Shown piece by piece: positions 50,081 through 60,199 of a stretch of DNA of 64,000 nt. Positions within the stretch are counted from its first letter, which is position 1; each line of letters starts with the position of its first letter. A program made the translations under genes and the position numbers. Source of the stretch: Bdellovibrionales bacterium (lineage in GTDB: Bacteria; Bdellovibrionota; Bdellovibrionia; Bdellovibrionales; JAUICD01); NCBI GenBank assembly GCA_965197425.1, contig CBDANC010000013.1, forward strand, positions 64,001 to 128,000. The letters run 5' to 3'. The notes below the pieces were generated by a model. The model searched no databases, had not been told where the DNA came from, and worked only from the letters and a program-made list of their open reading frames with translations.

Positions 50081-51627
50081 AAAAAATATTGCTTTTAATT
50101 TTTCTGATTTTTATAGGAAATATATCTCAAGCTGAAGATAAGATCACTATAGGCTCCAAAAAATTTAGTGAATCCATAATTTTATCTGAAATGCTCTCAA
50201 TACTATTGGAAGAAAAATACAACATACCTGTTGAAAGAAAAATGGGTTTTGGAGGTACATCGATCACTTTGGATGCCTTAAAAGCTGGTGATATAGATGT
50301 TTATCCTGATTATACAGGAACAGGCTATATCATGATCCTGAAGTTGAGTGGAGAAAAGGATAAAGACAAAGTTTATGACATTGTGAAGGCTGAATTTTTT
50401 GAACGTTGGAACATAGTGTGGTCTAAACCAATAGGGTTTAATAATACCTACGCTTTAGCTGTTAAAAAAGATGATCCTGTATTTGAGGGTATAGAAAATA
50501 TATCTGATCTGGAAGGAAAGTTGGATGATGTAAGATATGCCGCTGGCCATGAGTTTATGGAAAGAGCGGATGGACATGAGAGTTTTGTGAATACTTACAA
50601 TTTAGATTTTAACTCTGGTAATGTTTTCTCAATGGAGGTTGGCCTGATATATTCTGCAATTAGAGATGATCAGGTAGATATGATTGTTGCTTATTCTACT
50701 GATGGAAGGATTGATGCTTATGATTTGCGTTTATTAAATGATGATCTAGGCTTTTTCCCTTATTACTATGCTGCATTTTTATCTAGAAGTGACACTTTAG
50801 AAAAATATCCAGAGCTTGGAGAAGCTATAAAACTTTTGGAAGGCACGATAAACGAGCCTGAGATGGTGAAGATGAATGATGCTGTAGATCGCCTCAAAGA
50901 ATCTCCTTATCATGTTGCTAAAAACTTTTTAATAGAAAGAGATTTAATTGAAGGAGAAGTTTTAGTTTCACAGGGTGGTGTTGGATTTTTTGGATACTTA
51001 ATGCAAAGAAGAGATTATTTATTAAAGCTTTTATATGAGCACTTATTGATATCTCTTGGAGCATTAGGATTTGCTCTTATTGTATCTATTCCAACTGGAA
51101 TACTTCTTACTCGTTATCCGTTACTTGGGAATGTTGTATTTCCGGTCATAAATACTCTACAAACCATACCTAGCCTGGCTTTGTTAGGTTTTTTGGTTCC
51201 TATTATGGGCATAGGAGTTGCACCAGCGATAGTAGCGTTGTTTTTGTATTCACTTTTACCTTTGGTTAGAAACACATATGCTGGAATGCTTAGTGTAGAC
51301 AAAAGTTTCATCGAAGTTTCAAAAGGTATTGGTTTGACCGGAATGCAGGTTCTACTAAAGGTAGAAATTCCAATGGCTTTACCAGTGATAATTGCTGGAT
51401 TAAGAACTGCTGCTGTAATTGTGATTGGTACAGCAACCTTAGCTGCTTTAATTGGGGCTGGAGGTTTTGGTGATCCTATCTTTAGAGGAATTTCAACTGT
51501 TGACTCACGCCTTATCTTACTTGGTGCAATCCCAGCTGCTTTGTTAGCTGTTGTATTTGATAAGATTATAGGTTTCCTAGAAAAGTCGGTAGTATCAAAA
51601 GGCCTAGTGCTTCAAAGCAAAAGATAA
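50077..51627 (+). CDS. Fused glycine-betaine/choline binding protein plus permease
   Basis: IGSKKFSE, YPDYTG, FNNTYAL, QTIPSLAL, EIPMALPVIIAGLR. Confidence 0.9.
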   Translation: MKKILLLIFLIFIGNISQAEDKITIGSKKFSESIILSEMLSILLEEKYNIPVERKMGFGGTSITLDALKAGDIDVYPDYTGTGYIMILKLSGEKDKDKVYDIVKAEFFERWNIVWSKPIGFNNTYALAVKKDDPVFEGIENISDLEGKLDDVRYAAGHEFMERADGHESFVNTYNLDFNSGNVFSMEVGLIYSAIRDDQVDMIVAYSTDGRIDAYDLRLLNDDLGFFPYYYAAFLSRSDTLEKYPELGEAIKLLEGTINEPEMVKMNDAVDRLKESPYHVAKNFLIERDLIEGEVLVSQGGVGFFGYLMQRRDYLLKLLYEHLLISLGALGFALIVSIPTGILLTRYPLLGNVVFPVINTLQTIPSLALLGFLVPIMGIGVAPAIVALFLYSLLPLVRNTYAGMLSVDKSFIEVSKGIGLTGMQVLLKVEIPMALPVIIAGLRTAAVIVIGTATLAALIGAGGFGDPIFRGISTVDSRLILLGAIPAALLAVVFDKIIGFLEKSVVSKGLVLQSKR

Positions 51628-51865
51628 TAAAACACCTTACACTTAACTCTTATTCCAGATTTTATTCATGAACTGCAGAAAAACAAAAGCTTTGAAACTA
51701 CTAAAAAGATGAATAATTTATTCATCAAAATAATAGTTGAAATACAAACCCTAGAGCCAGAACTAGAAAATTCTTTTTATTGTTAGAAAATGTTACAATG
51801 GCCTAAACTCTTGCTACCAAACTCACGAAGTTTGCAGTACATCCTTTTAAATAAAAGGTTCTTTT

Positions 51866-52675
51866 TTGGGATTTAAATTGTTCAAATTTAAAGGTGAGCT
51901 TAATGAAGCAAAAAACAAGGAGGCTTCGCCTTCTTTTTTTTGCCGATTGGCTGTTTCCTGGTATTTATTTTTAATAATATTTTTTGTTGTTTTAGAATCA
52001 AAAAGCTTAGACAAAGAAGGGTGTATTAACTCTTTATCACAATTTGAACAGCTTGAAAAATCTGAGTCTTCATTAGAAGCAAACGAAAGTTTAAAGCTTT
52101 TCATAGAGCGAGGTAATGTTCGAGAAATAATGAAAGTTATTGAGAACAACATGATAAATATAAATACACAAGATGCCAAAGAAAACACCGCTCTTATGAA
52201 AGTGGTCCAATTTGGCAATTTAGATGATATTCTTATTATTTTTGATCAACCTTTCTTGAATGTAAATTCACAAAATTCCCTAGGTAAAACTGCTTTAATG
52301 CTGGCAATTGAATGGGAAAGGATTGACATGGTTAAACTTCTTTTGATGCATCCATTTACAAGACTAGATTTGGTAGATACAAATGATAAAACTGCCTTAA
52401 TACTAGCAATTGAACTATATAAGCAGTCACCACAATTTTATTATCAAGTTGTTAAACTACTTTTAAACCCAAAACTTGCAGCTGAGTTTTGGGGAACTGC
52501 CGATAAAAGAATTAGGGAAGTTTTTGATCGAAAATCTATTAAATTAACAAAAGATGTAAACAGAAATAATGCATTAAATTTTCAAGATAACCTAAATGAA
52601 ACTGCAACAATGAAGGCTATTACAATTGCCCAAGACACCAAACTTGTAGAGCTATTGTTAAGCTATGAACATTAG
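51866..52675 (+). CDS. Ankyrin-repeat protein; signal peptide carries an in-frame hairpin-element insertion
   Basis: NTALM, GKTALM, KTALI repeats; start may be TTG 51878. Confidence 0.8.
   Translation: MGFKLFKFKGELNEAKNKEASPSFFCRLAVSWYLFLIIFFVVLESKSLDKEGCINSLSQFEQLEKSESSLEANESLKLFIERGNVREIMKVIENNMININTQDAKENTALMKVVQFGNLDDILIIFDQPFLNVNSQNSLGKTALMLAIEWERIDMVKLLLMHPFTRLDLVDTNDKTALILAIELYKQSPQFYYQVVKLLLNPKLAAEFWGTADKRIREVFDRKSIKLTKDVNRNNALNFQDNLNETATMKAITIAQDTKLVELLLSYEH
51890..51961 (+). repeat. Family D element (72 bp)
   Basis: aaaggtgagcttaatgaag-hairpin(ggc-ttc-gcc)-gattggctgtttcctgg. Confidence 0.85.
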
Positions 52676-52756
52676 ACTTACAGGCAAAAGAATAAATGTT
52701 TGAAGACATACCTTTGGTGCAGACTTTAGAAACACCCGTAGTCTCAAAAGGCCTAT

Positions 52757-52816
52757 TGTAATTGGATCTAATGTACCAAAGGGTTCGTCCACGAACACAA
52801 CCGTAGGATCTTCTAT
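52757..52816 (-). pseudogene. Fragment of an ABC ATPase Walker B region
   Basis: EDPTVVFVDEPFGTLDPIT versus EDPSVMLMDEPFGALDPIT in the 49346 gene. Confidence 0.7.
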
Positions 52817-52914
52817 GCAAACATTATGATTTGCTGTTAGAGTGACCTCCATTTTTTACCACAGATCCTAGGTAAACACAAGTTTGCCACCCACAGTGAT
52901 CTGTTGAAAAAGTC

Positions 52915-53658
52915 TTATTTTAGATTATTACTGTTGTGTTCCCTTATCATGCTAATTATCTCTGCATAACCTTGTTCTAAAGCAATATCAAGAGCTGTCT
53001 CTCCAGCTCTGTTTTGGATAGTCACATCGATGTTGGGGTGAGAAAGAAGAAGTGACACCACATCCACATAATTATAAAAAACCGCCCCAATCAAAGCAGT
53101 CCAACCAGTTTGATAATTTCTAATGTTAACATCAATATCTGGGTGTAGGAGGAGCATTTCCACAACCTCAGTGTGACCATGCGTAGATGCTAAAGTGAAA
53201 GCTGTTGAACCTGAAATACCCCGTAAGTTAATACCAACTTCTCCAGCACATCTAAAAGTAAAAAAACTAGGACAATTACTGTCTAGGATCAATTTCACTA
53301 CCTCTGAATGACCATTTTTGGCGGCTAACATAAGTGCCGTATAGCTATTTGCATCCCGTTCGTTTATATAAATACGAGCTAGGTAGCTAGAGATGGCAAG
53401 AGACTTCAGGTACCACTTAACAGTATCCAGGTCGCCATTTTTTGCTGCTTCTAAAAACTCTCTATGATGTTGAAACATAACGATCTCAGATTTGTATCCA
53501 GAACCGGACAGTACATTTCTATTTGTATCTGTTATGCTATGTTTATTCTGATTATTACCTGCATTGTTGCAAGCTATGCTTGTCAGAGTGACAAAACTTA
53601 TACTGATTAAAAACAAAACTTTCACAACAGTCCCATGCCACGTCAGGGTAACACACAT
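52915..53658 (-). CDS. Ankyrin-repeat lipoprotein
   Basis: SIAC lipobox; TALMLAAKNGH, TAFTLASTHGH, GETALDIA; start uncertain. Confidence 0.85.
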   Translation of the reverse strand: MCVTLTWHGTVVKVLFLISISFVTLTSIACNNAGNNQNKHSITDTNRNVLSGSGYKSEIVMFQHHREFLEAAKNGDLDTVKWYLKSLAISSYLARIYINERDANSYTALMLAAKNGHSEVVKLILDSNCPSFFTFRCAGEVGINLRGISGSTAFTLASTHGHTEVVEMLLLHPDIDVNIRNYQTGWTALIGAVFYNYVDVVSLLLSHPNIDVTIQNRAGETALDIALEQGYAEIISMIREHNSNNLK

Positions 53659-53975
53659 GCGGTGTAGATGCCAGTTATCTTACTGTGTTTTGTATTGACT
53701 TCAAAAATCTAAATTAGGTTGATAGATGATAAGTCCCTGTAAAACATTTGATGTTTAATTTTTATTCCCCGGCATCTCGTTATTGGTTCACCCCCCTGGT
53801 ATGAAATGGACATCGTCACAAATAAGTGTTGGTTCATCAAACTTTCAAAACACCAAAAACCATCAGTTAGAGGTCTTGATATGTAAATATTTACAGGTCG
53901 TTGGTTTTTACACCCTCCAATATGATACTTGCTGTATAGTGTCAACCAACGTATTTCAAAGTTTGAGGAATTACA

Positions 53976-54818
53976 GTGGAATGTTTTCGCATTATTGTGG
54001 CAGGGGTTTTTGCCCTTACTTGCTCTAAAACAGCGGTTGCTGGGAGTAATAACCTACTCTCAATATCGGCACCTGGTGGCTGTCAGATCATGCCCTTGGT
54101 TGATGATATAAATAAACTGAATTTAGAAGATCCTGAGTTCGAAATAGAGCTCTTGGAAGCACTAGCTCAAAGGGATCGCAAGGGCAGGTACTATATAGCA
54201 AACTCTGAATGCAAAGATGAAATAATGCATTTTTTAAATAGAGCTTGCGATAGCAATGACCACAAACCCCAGGTGGTTTGTGAAGTTACTTATTTGCTAA
54301 CAAAAAAAGGAGCTATTTTAGAAAAGTATAAAAGTCTTTCACCTTATCAACAAAGACAAGTGCAAAGGTATTTTGACGAGCTGTATATGGATATTCTCTC
54401 AAAAGATGAAGAGACTGTCCTAGACATAACCAAAATTGATGAAGAGGAGCTGGAACCCACAAAAGAAAAATATGAAGATCAAATGACCAGCGGGATTGGC
54501 GTGTCGATTCTCGGAATAATAACGGGCCTTACATCGGGCTCTGGCCTGTATGTACTGTGGCCTGCTGAACCAATTACGATAGCATTACTTTCTCCATTTT
54601 TTATCGGCGGTTTCCTGTCACTTATATTTGGACCCTCAATCTTTTTAGAAGCTAAGAAGAGGCTGAAAACTGCAAAGGTTGAATTAAAAAAGATAGACTC
54701 TAACACCGGCCTTAAGAGTTCTGAAATGACACTTCTAATGCGGTCATTTGTAGAAAATATTAAGTTAGAATATGCCCACAAAAACAAAGAAGAGGGCTGC
54801 ATTCGTGCATTAAAATAG
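53976..54818 (+). CDS. Hypothetical membrane protein
   Basis: Signal-like N-terminus and two TM segments. Confidence 0.6.
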   Translation: MECFRIIVAGVFALTCSKTAVAGSNNLLSISAPGGCQIMPLVDDINKLNLEDPEFEIELLEALAQRDRKGRYYIANSECKDEIMHFLNRACDSNDHKPQVVCEVTYLLTKKGAILEKYKSLSPYQQRQVQRYFDELYMDILSKDEETVLDITKIDEEELEPTKEKYEDQMTSGIGVSILGIITGLTSGSGLYVLWPAEPITIALLSPFFIGGFLSLIFGPSIFLEAKKRLKTAKVELKKIDSNTGLKSSEMTLLMRSFVENIKLEYAHKNKEEGCIRALK

Positions 54819-55021
54819 AACTTGATAATTTTTGTTTGTGACTAGTTCACTTGAACCGCAAAAATTTAAAAGTTTCAACAAAATCTGCTGAACTTAGACT
54901 TTCAAAGGCAGTATATAACCATAGGAATAGATTAATACGACAGTAAACCCAAATTACGCCATATGGAAGATAAAAATGAATAAGAAAGCTGATATTAATT
55001 AAACCAAAGGACAACAATTAA

Positions 55022-55984
55022 TTGGACGACAAAGAGTTTAAAATTTTGAGTATCGATGGAGGTGGAGTAAAGGGTATCTTCGCTGTTAAAATACTGTCTC
55101 TCATAGAAAGAGAGTTGGGTATAAAAACTTATGACACATTTGACCTTATTGTTGGCACAAGCACTGGAAGTATCATAGCAGGGGCCGTGGCAACAAAATA
55201 TGACCTAACTCAACTGGTTGATGATTATTCAGACCTTGCGTTTAAAATTTTTAAGAGACGATGGTCTTCATTTGGTGGGTTTGTTAGATCAAAATACAGC
55301 AGCAAGCCTTTAGAAGCATTTGTTCGCCAAAAATTTGGAGACATCAAATTAAGACAAATTGAAAAACCTCTTATTATCAATGCTACAAATGCCAGTGCAG
55401 GAGATGTCCATGTTTTCAAAACAATCTATCAAAAAACACAAAGAAGTGGTGACTACATAAGAGATGGTGAAGTTCCATTGTTTAAAGCAATTTTGGCCTC
55501 CTGTGCAGCACCAACTTATTTTGATCCAGTAGATGTCAATGGAGATCTTATTTGTGATGGAGGTATATGGGCAAACAACCCCTCTCTAGTAGGTTATACA
55601 GACGCAGTAAACAATTTTAAGCCAACAAATATAAAAATATTATCTTTAGGTACCGGAAAATCAAAGCAAATGTATAAAAAATCAAAAAATTGGGGGGCAT
55701 TATTTGGGTGGAAGAAAACTAAACTTGTAGACTTTTTTATGTCTTGCCAAACAACATTTCCAGAAAATGTTCTAGATTTAATCAATGGAGATAAAACTCT
55801 TAGGATCAACCCTGAGGTCGAAGATTGTAAACTAGACGAGTATAAATGTATACCCAACTTAAAAAAGTTAGCAAAGGATGAATTTAAATATCATAGGGAA
55901 AAACTTGATATGTTTTTAACAACCAAGGAGAATATAAAATGGAACACGAACAAGAATTTAAAAGATTTTTATCTAATCACGTGA
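55022..55984 (+). CDS. Patatin-like phospholipase, CBASS effector (CapV-like)
   Basis: LSIDGGGVKG, GTSTG, DGGIWANNP; overlaps the CD-NTase. Confidence 0.88.
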   Translation: MDDKEFKILSIDGGGVKGIFAVKILSLIERELGIKTYDTFDLIVGTSTGSIIAGAVATKYDLTQLVDDYSDLAFKIFKRRWSSFGGFVRSKYSSKPLEAFVRQKFGDIKLRQIEKPLIINATNASAGDVHVFKTIYQKTQRSGDYIRDGEVPLFKAILASCAAPTYFDPVDVNGDLICDGGIWANNPSLVGYTDAVNNFKPTNIKILSLGTGKSKQMYKKSKNWGALFGWKKTKLVDFFMSCQTTFPENVLDLINGDKTLRINPEVEDCKLDEYKCIPNLKKLAKDEFKYHREKLDMFLTTKENIKWNTNKNLKDFYLIT

Positions 55985-56925
55985 ATCTAAATCAGGATCG
56001 GCTTGATAAGTTGAGAAGTCGTGTAGATACAATCACAGATATATCTAAAGCACATTTACCTGGTTATGTTGGATATAGTGAACAAGGCTCCTACGCTCAT
56101 GGCACCATTATTAAACCTGTGAAAGATAATGACGAATTCGATGCTGATATATTAGTGTTTATTCGAGACCATGATTTCGATCCAAATAGCTTCAAAAAAA
56201 ATTATGTAGATGAAATTTATAAAGTTTTTAAAGAGCATAAGACATACGAAGACAAAGTCACAAGAAACACCAGGTGTATAGTCATTGACTATGCTGGTGA
56301 TTTTAAATTAGATGTTGTACCTTGTGTACAGCATGATGGTATGGATTATATCACTAATAAAATAGCCAAACAGTATGAGCCAACAGATGGTGATGGGTAT
56401 AAAGGGTGGTTAAAACAGAAAAATGAAATTGTTGGTGGTAACAACTTTAAAAAAACCACTAGGCTTCTAAAATTTTTAAGAGATCATAAAAGTAATTTTT
56501 CTGTTAAGTCAATATTACTCACAACCCTCCTAGGTAACATGGTACAAGATAATGAAGATAGTAGCACTTTTGAAGATTTACCAACAACCTTGCTAGTACT
56601 CTCATGTAGGCTTGATGAGTTTCTACAAAACCGTAGTTCAATGCCAACTATTTATAATCCAGTTTTACCCAATGAGAACTTTAACAGACATTGGGACGAA
56701 ACAAAATATGATAATTTTAGAGACAAATTTGAATCTTATAGTAAACAAATCAACCAGGCTTTTCATGAAAAAGATTACAACAAAAGCATCATAAAGTGGC
56801 GTGGGTTATTTGGTGATAATTTTGGAAAGTTAATGGATATTTCATCTTCCAAAAAAATAGACGCTGTTCCTCCAATAGTGAGGGCCACTAAACCATTTGC
56901 TCATGATGATCAAATACTCAAGTGA
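55939..56925 (+). CDS. CD-NTase / SMODS nucleotidyltransferase (CBASS cyclase)
   Basis: QGSYAHGTIIKP, EFDAD, LDVVP, KFLRD, NPVLPNENF, WRGLFG; aaggag RBS. Confidence 0.9.
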   Translation: MEHEQEFKRFLSNHVNLNQDRLDKLRSRVDTITDISKAHLPGYVGYSEQGSYAHGTIIKPVKDNDEFDADILVFIRDHDFDPNSFKKNYVDEIYKVFKEHKTYEDKVTRNTRCIVIDYAGDFKLDVVPCVQHDGMDYITNKIAKQYEPTDGDGYKGWLKQKNEIVGGNNFKKTTRLLKFLRDHKSNFSVKSILLTTLLGNMVQDNEDSSTFEDLPTTLLVLSCRLDEFLQNRSSMPTIYNPVLPNENFNRHWDETKYDNFRDKFESYSKQINQAFHEKDYNKSIIKWRGLFGDNFGKLMDISSSKKIDAVPPIVRATKPFAHDDQILK

Positions 56926-57030
56926 TGAATTACAAAACATTAATGAATACTTTCCTCACTTATCTTGTTGATAAAAAGATCCTTTAGGTTGACCGAAGGT
57001 GTATGAAGTTAGCGAAAAAATTGAGGGGCT
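56903..57030 (+). pseudogene. Remnant of a CBASS-associated E2-like gene
   Basis: ATG overlaps the cyclase end: MMIKYSSDELQNINEYFPHLSC*, then PKVYEVSEKI after stops. Confidence 0.5.
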
Positions 57031-57360
57031 AGAAAAACAAATTATAAAAATCTATTAAATCTATAGGAAAAAATGTACGGCCCATTTGAACAAAAAGTTA
57101 GCATCATATATCTTATCGTAGCTAGAAACTTTCTTGAGATAAAAAACTATCTAAAATTACTAAATAACATGATAAATGAAAATAATATAAAAAATACAGT
57201 CGAAGAAGACACAGTTACAAAAAGTGTTGAATTTGGTAAGAAAAATGTAACTGGATCAAAAAATATAATAAGATCTATATTCTTAGAATTTGTAAAAAAG
57301 TACATATAGTCTCTGTTAATTTGAAAACTTGTCTTTTTTGACATAAGTTTTGTGGTACTA

Positions 57361-58023
57361 ATGTGTAGAAGAATTGGCTTTGTAATTTTGATTACTACAA
57401 TTTCACAGACACCTTTCGCATATCCTTGCAAAAAATCTTTAACTGAAAATGGATTGCATGAGGTTTTTTATCCTGATATTTCATCAACACTCCAGGTGAA
57501 ATTTCCTACCAACAACCACAGAAACGTAGACAAGTATAATAGACTTACCAAAGCTGCCTATGAAGGAGATTTAAAAAGAGTTAAGCACTTAGTGGAAGCT
57601 AGAGGCTTCAGCGTTAACCAGCAGCATAATGTGTTAGGTTATACCTCCTTGATGTTTTCTGTGGGTTCTGGTCATACAAGTGTCGTGGAGTATTTGCTAG
57701 AAAATGATGAAATAGATGTAAACCAGGTAAATGATTTAGGGGCCACTGCCCTGATGGAGGCTTTGGGCGAAGACATCACAATTTTTAAACTTATTCTAAA
57801 TCACCCAAAAATTGATGTGAATAAAAAAGATACAATTGGCATGACTGCCTTAATACTTGCAAGCAGGTTTGGGGCTTTACACTATGTGAGGTTGCTTCTA
57901 CAAAAGCCAGGTGTTGATATCACTCTTTATGACGATGAAAGAAATACAGCGCTAGTATGGGCATCAAGAGAAGGACATTTTGATGTGACAAAAGCTATTT
58001 TAGGAAAATATAAGAGCTTTTAA
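57361..58023 (+). CDS. Secreted ankyrin-repeat protein
   Basis: Signal peptide; GYTSLM, GATALM, GMTALILA, NTALVWA. Confidence 0.87.
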   Translation: MCRRIGFVILITTISQTPFAYPCKKSLTENGLHEVFYPDISSTLQVKFPTNNHRNVDKYNRLTKAAYEGDLKRVKHLVEARGFSVNQQHNVLGYTSLMFSVGSGHTSVVEYLLENDEIDVNQVNDLGATALMEALGEDITIFKLILNHPKIDVNKKDTIGMTALILASRFGALHYVRLLLQKPGVDITLYDDERNTALVWASREGHFDVTKAILGKYKSF

Positions 58024-58101
58024 CAAAAATCTCCTAGTATATTTTTCCCAAAAATCACCTAGGTTTGAAAAATTTTGCTATAGGTGCTACAGCTTGGGAC
58101 C

Positions 58102-58713
58102 GTGAAAAAAACCTGCTTTATTACTTTTCTTTTTTTAGTGCTTCAAGCATTGCCAGCATATGTTACTGCTGAATGTTTAGATGCTTTAACACCTCCGCTT
58201 GTTTTGAACGAATATAGAGTCACAATAGAGCAAGATGAGCTTAGACACGATCTCTTCAAACGTCTCGGAAACAGAAGAGTAAGTTTATTGATAAATGATA
58301 GAAACGAAGATGCTATATTAAGGTGGGCGAGTTATGAGGGTAGCGTAGATATCGTTAACTTATTAGTAAATAGCAATGGAGTTAGTGTAAATGAAAAAAG
58401 CAGCTCGGGTATGAACCCTCTTTTATTGGCAAGTTTTGCAGGCAATAGTGAAGTGGTTGAAGTGTTGGTAGGTGTACATAAAATCAATTTAAATGTAGTA
58501 GATGAGAACGGAATGACACCTCTTATGTGGGCAAGTTACAAAGGTCATCACAAGATAGTCGACATCCTGCTAAATCGTAATGTAGATTTAAGTATTACAG
58601 TCGTTGGTTTAAATGCGTCGGATCTTGCGAACAGAGCAGGACACTCTGATATAGCAGAAAAAATAGATCAAATGATGAATGGTAACCATAGCTCTAAAGT
58701 TTCATATTTATAA
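58102..58713 (+). CDS. Secreted ankyrin-repeat protein
   Basis: Signal peptide; GMNPLLLAS, GMTPLMWAS; start uncertain. Confidence 0.87.
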   Translation: MKKTCFITFLFLVLQALPAYVTAECLDALTPPLVLNEYRVTIEQDELRHDLFKRLGNRRVSLLINDRNEDAILRWASYEGSVDIVNLLVNSNGVSVNEKSSSGMNPLLLASFAGNSEVVEVLVGVHKINLNVVDENGMTPLMWASYKGHHKIVDILLNRNVDLSITVVGLNASDLANRAGHSDIAEKIDQMMNGNHSSKVSYL

Positions 58714-58893
58714 CAGTTTCGTTTTATTCTAAATGCACTATAATAAAATGAAACTGTGATTCCTCCGTATTTCATCGATCATTAAGATATATTTAACCCT
58801 CAATAGGGTATAGGTTTTGAGGACAACAAGACAGCTTGAAATCTAAATCTCTAATAAGGTGTATGGATTTTATGAATTTAAAGGACAGGTCAT

Positions 58894-59763
58894 TTACTCC
58901 AAAAAAGTGCGGGGAGTTAGTAGTTCAACTACATCTCCGTGGCCTCCCTTTTGGGCAAGTTGGAGTGCTGTCATGCCTTCACTGTTTGTTAAATTTGGAT
59001 CAGCATTATGCATAAGAAGAAGAGAGGCTATCTCAAAACAACCATGGCGGGCTACACTCATTAGAGGTGTGTTTTCTTGATGGTCTTTAAGATTTATTAA
59101 ATCAATTCCTCTATTTTTGATAGTATCAAGCACACGTTTGACCATCATTTCATGAACTTGCCTTCTTAAATGTGACTCATGATTTACATGGTTGTCTAAA
59201 TCAGTTGCTATGGCAAGAACAGTTCTATTTTCGTTATCTCTTAACTGAAGATCAATATTTAGACGATTAAGAAGATAGTCCACTATTCCAAGGCGAAGTG
59301 TGATGTCGCTATCAAGACTAGGATCAGGTAAAAATACACCAATGAGCGCCAACATCAAGGCGGTACGTCCTTCGTTGTCCTGAATGTTCAGGTCAAGTTT
59401 TTCCGCACATCTGTGCGTGGTCCTTTTTTCGCACCTACTATTTAAAATTGCAGTTACTACGTCAAAGTGGGAGTTAAGAGAGGCCAGCATAAGTGCTGTT
59501 CTGCCATTTTGATCCTGATAGTTAATGTCAACTCGAGCAAGCCCCCCTGTAAAACTCCAAGTTTTAAGCTGCCACTTAACATAATCCACGTCACCACTTT
59601 CTGCTGCCTTTAAAAATTGTTCGTGATGACTTTGTACCGGGTTGCCAGATGCAACATCCCTATTAGACATCCTGCCATCTGCTTTCTTGTTGAAAGAGCT
59701 ACACGAAATAGAGAAAACAAAAGTTGCAAGGACAACAGTCCTAAAAAGAAACGTTAGCTTCAT
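58894..59763 (-). CDS. Ankyrin-repeat lipoprotein
   Basis: SISC lipobox; GRTALMLA x2, NTPLM, GMTALQLA; ggag RBS before MKLTF. Confidence 0.87.
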   Translation of the reverse strand: MKLTFLFRTVVLATFVFSISCSSFNKKADGRMSNRDVASGNPVQSHHEQFLKAAESGDVDYVKWQLKTWSFTGGLARVDINYQDQNGRTALMLASLNSHFDVVTAILNSRCEKRTTHRCAEKLDLNIQDNEGRTALMLALIGVFLPDPSLDSDITLRLGIVDYLLNRLNIDLQLRDNENRTVLAIATDLDNHVNHESHLRRQVHEMMVKRVLDTIKNRGIDLINLKDHQENTPLMSVARHGCFEIASLLLMHNADPNLTNSEGMTALQLAQKGGHGDVVELLTPRTFLE

Positions 59764-59820
59764 TACTCCCCCTCCCCCTCTTGACATGGTCCGAGCCAGG
59801 CCAAAATCAATGAAAATAAA

Positions 59821-59937
59821 AGCTGGTATCGTGCTACTCTCCCACAGTTAATACTGCAGTACTATCGCCGCTGGCGGGCTTAACTTCTGAATTCGAAAAT
59901 GGGATCAGGTGTACCCCCACCGCTATAGAAACCAGCA
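59821..59937 (-). rRNA. rrf: 5S rRNA
   Basis: Reverse complement contains cacctgatccca..cgaattcagaagttaag and gggagagtag; terminal helix gctggt/accagc. Confidence 0.93.
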
Positions 59938-60014
59938 TACTTGGTTAATTCAATGAGCCAATATAAAAATTTTTTAATACAAAAGCCCACCGAGACAACC
60001 AATTATCAAGCCGG

Positions 60015-60065
60015 TTCATTCAACTGGAAAACACAAGGACTTAATCCCGTGAGCCAATTGAATAA
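60015..60065 (-). repeat. Degenerate family B element in the 23S-5S spacer
   Basis: ttcaactggaaaa...atcccgtgagccaattgaa. Confidence 0.65.
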
Positions 60066-60199
60066 ACCAGCAAAACAGTTCTAACTAATATGAAACAATT
60101 TGTCAATAAACATAGGTGCAATTATTCGCACTCAAATTCAATCTGATGGCTCTTTGCTAAAAAGTAAATCAGCCATGTAATTTCCTAGCCTTAGTCAGG

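Noticed and set aside
51630..51760. Possible Rpn remnant (IIVEIQT)
   Set aside because: Match too short and surrounded by stops
53709..53945. IS200-like TnpA fragment (LYSKYHIGGCKNQR)
   Set aside because: Only a few residues resemble the KYHIVW motif; no HUH or catalytic Tyr region recognisable
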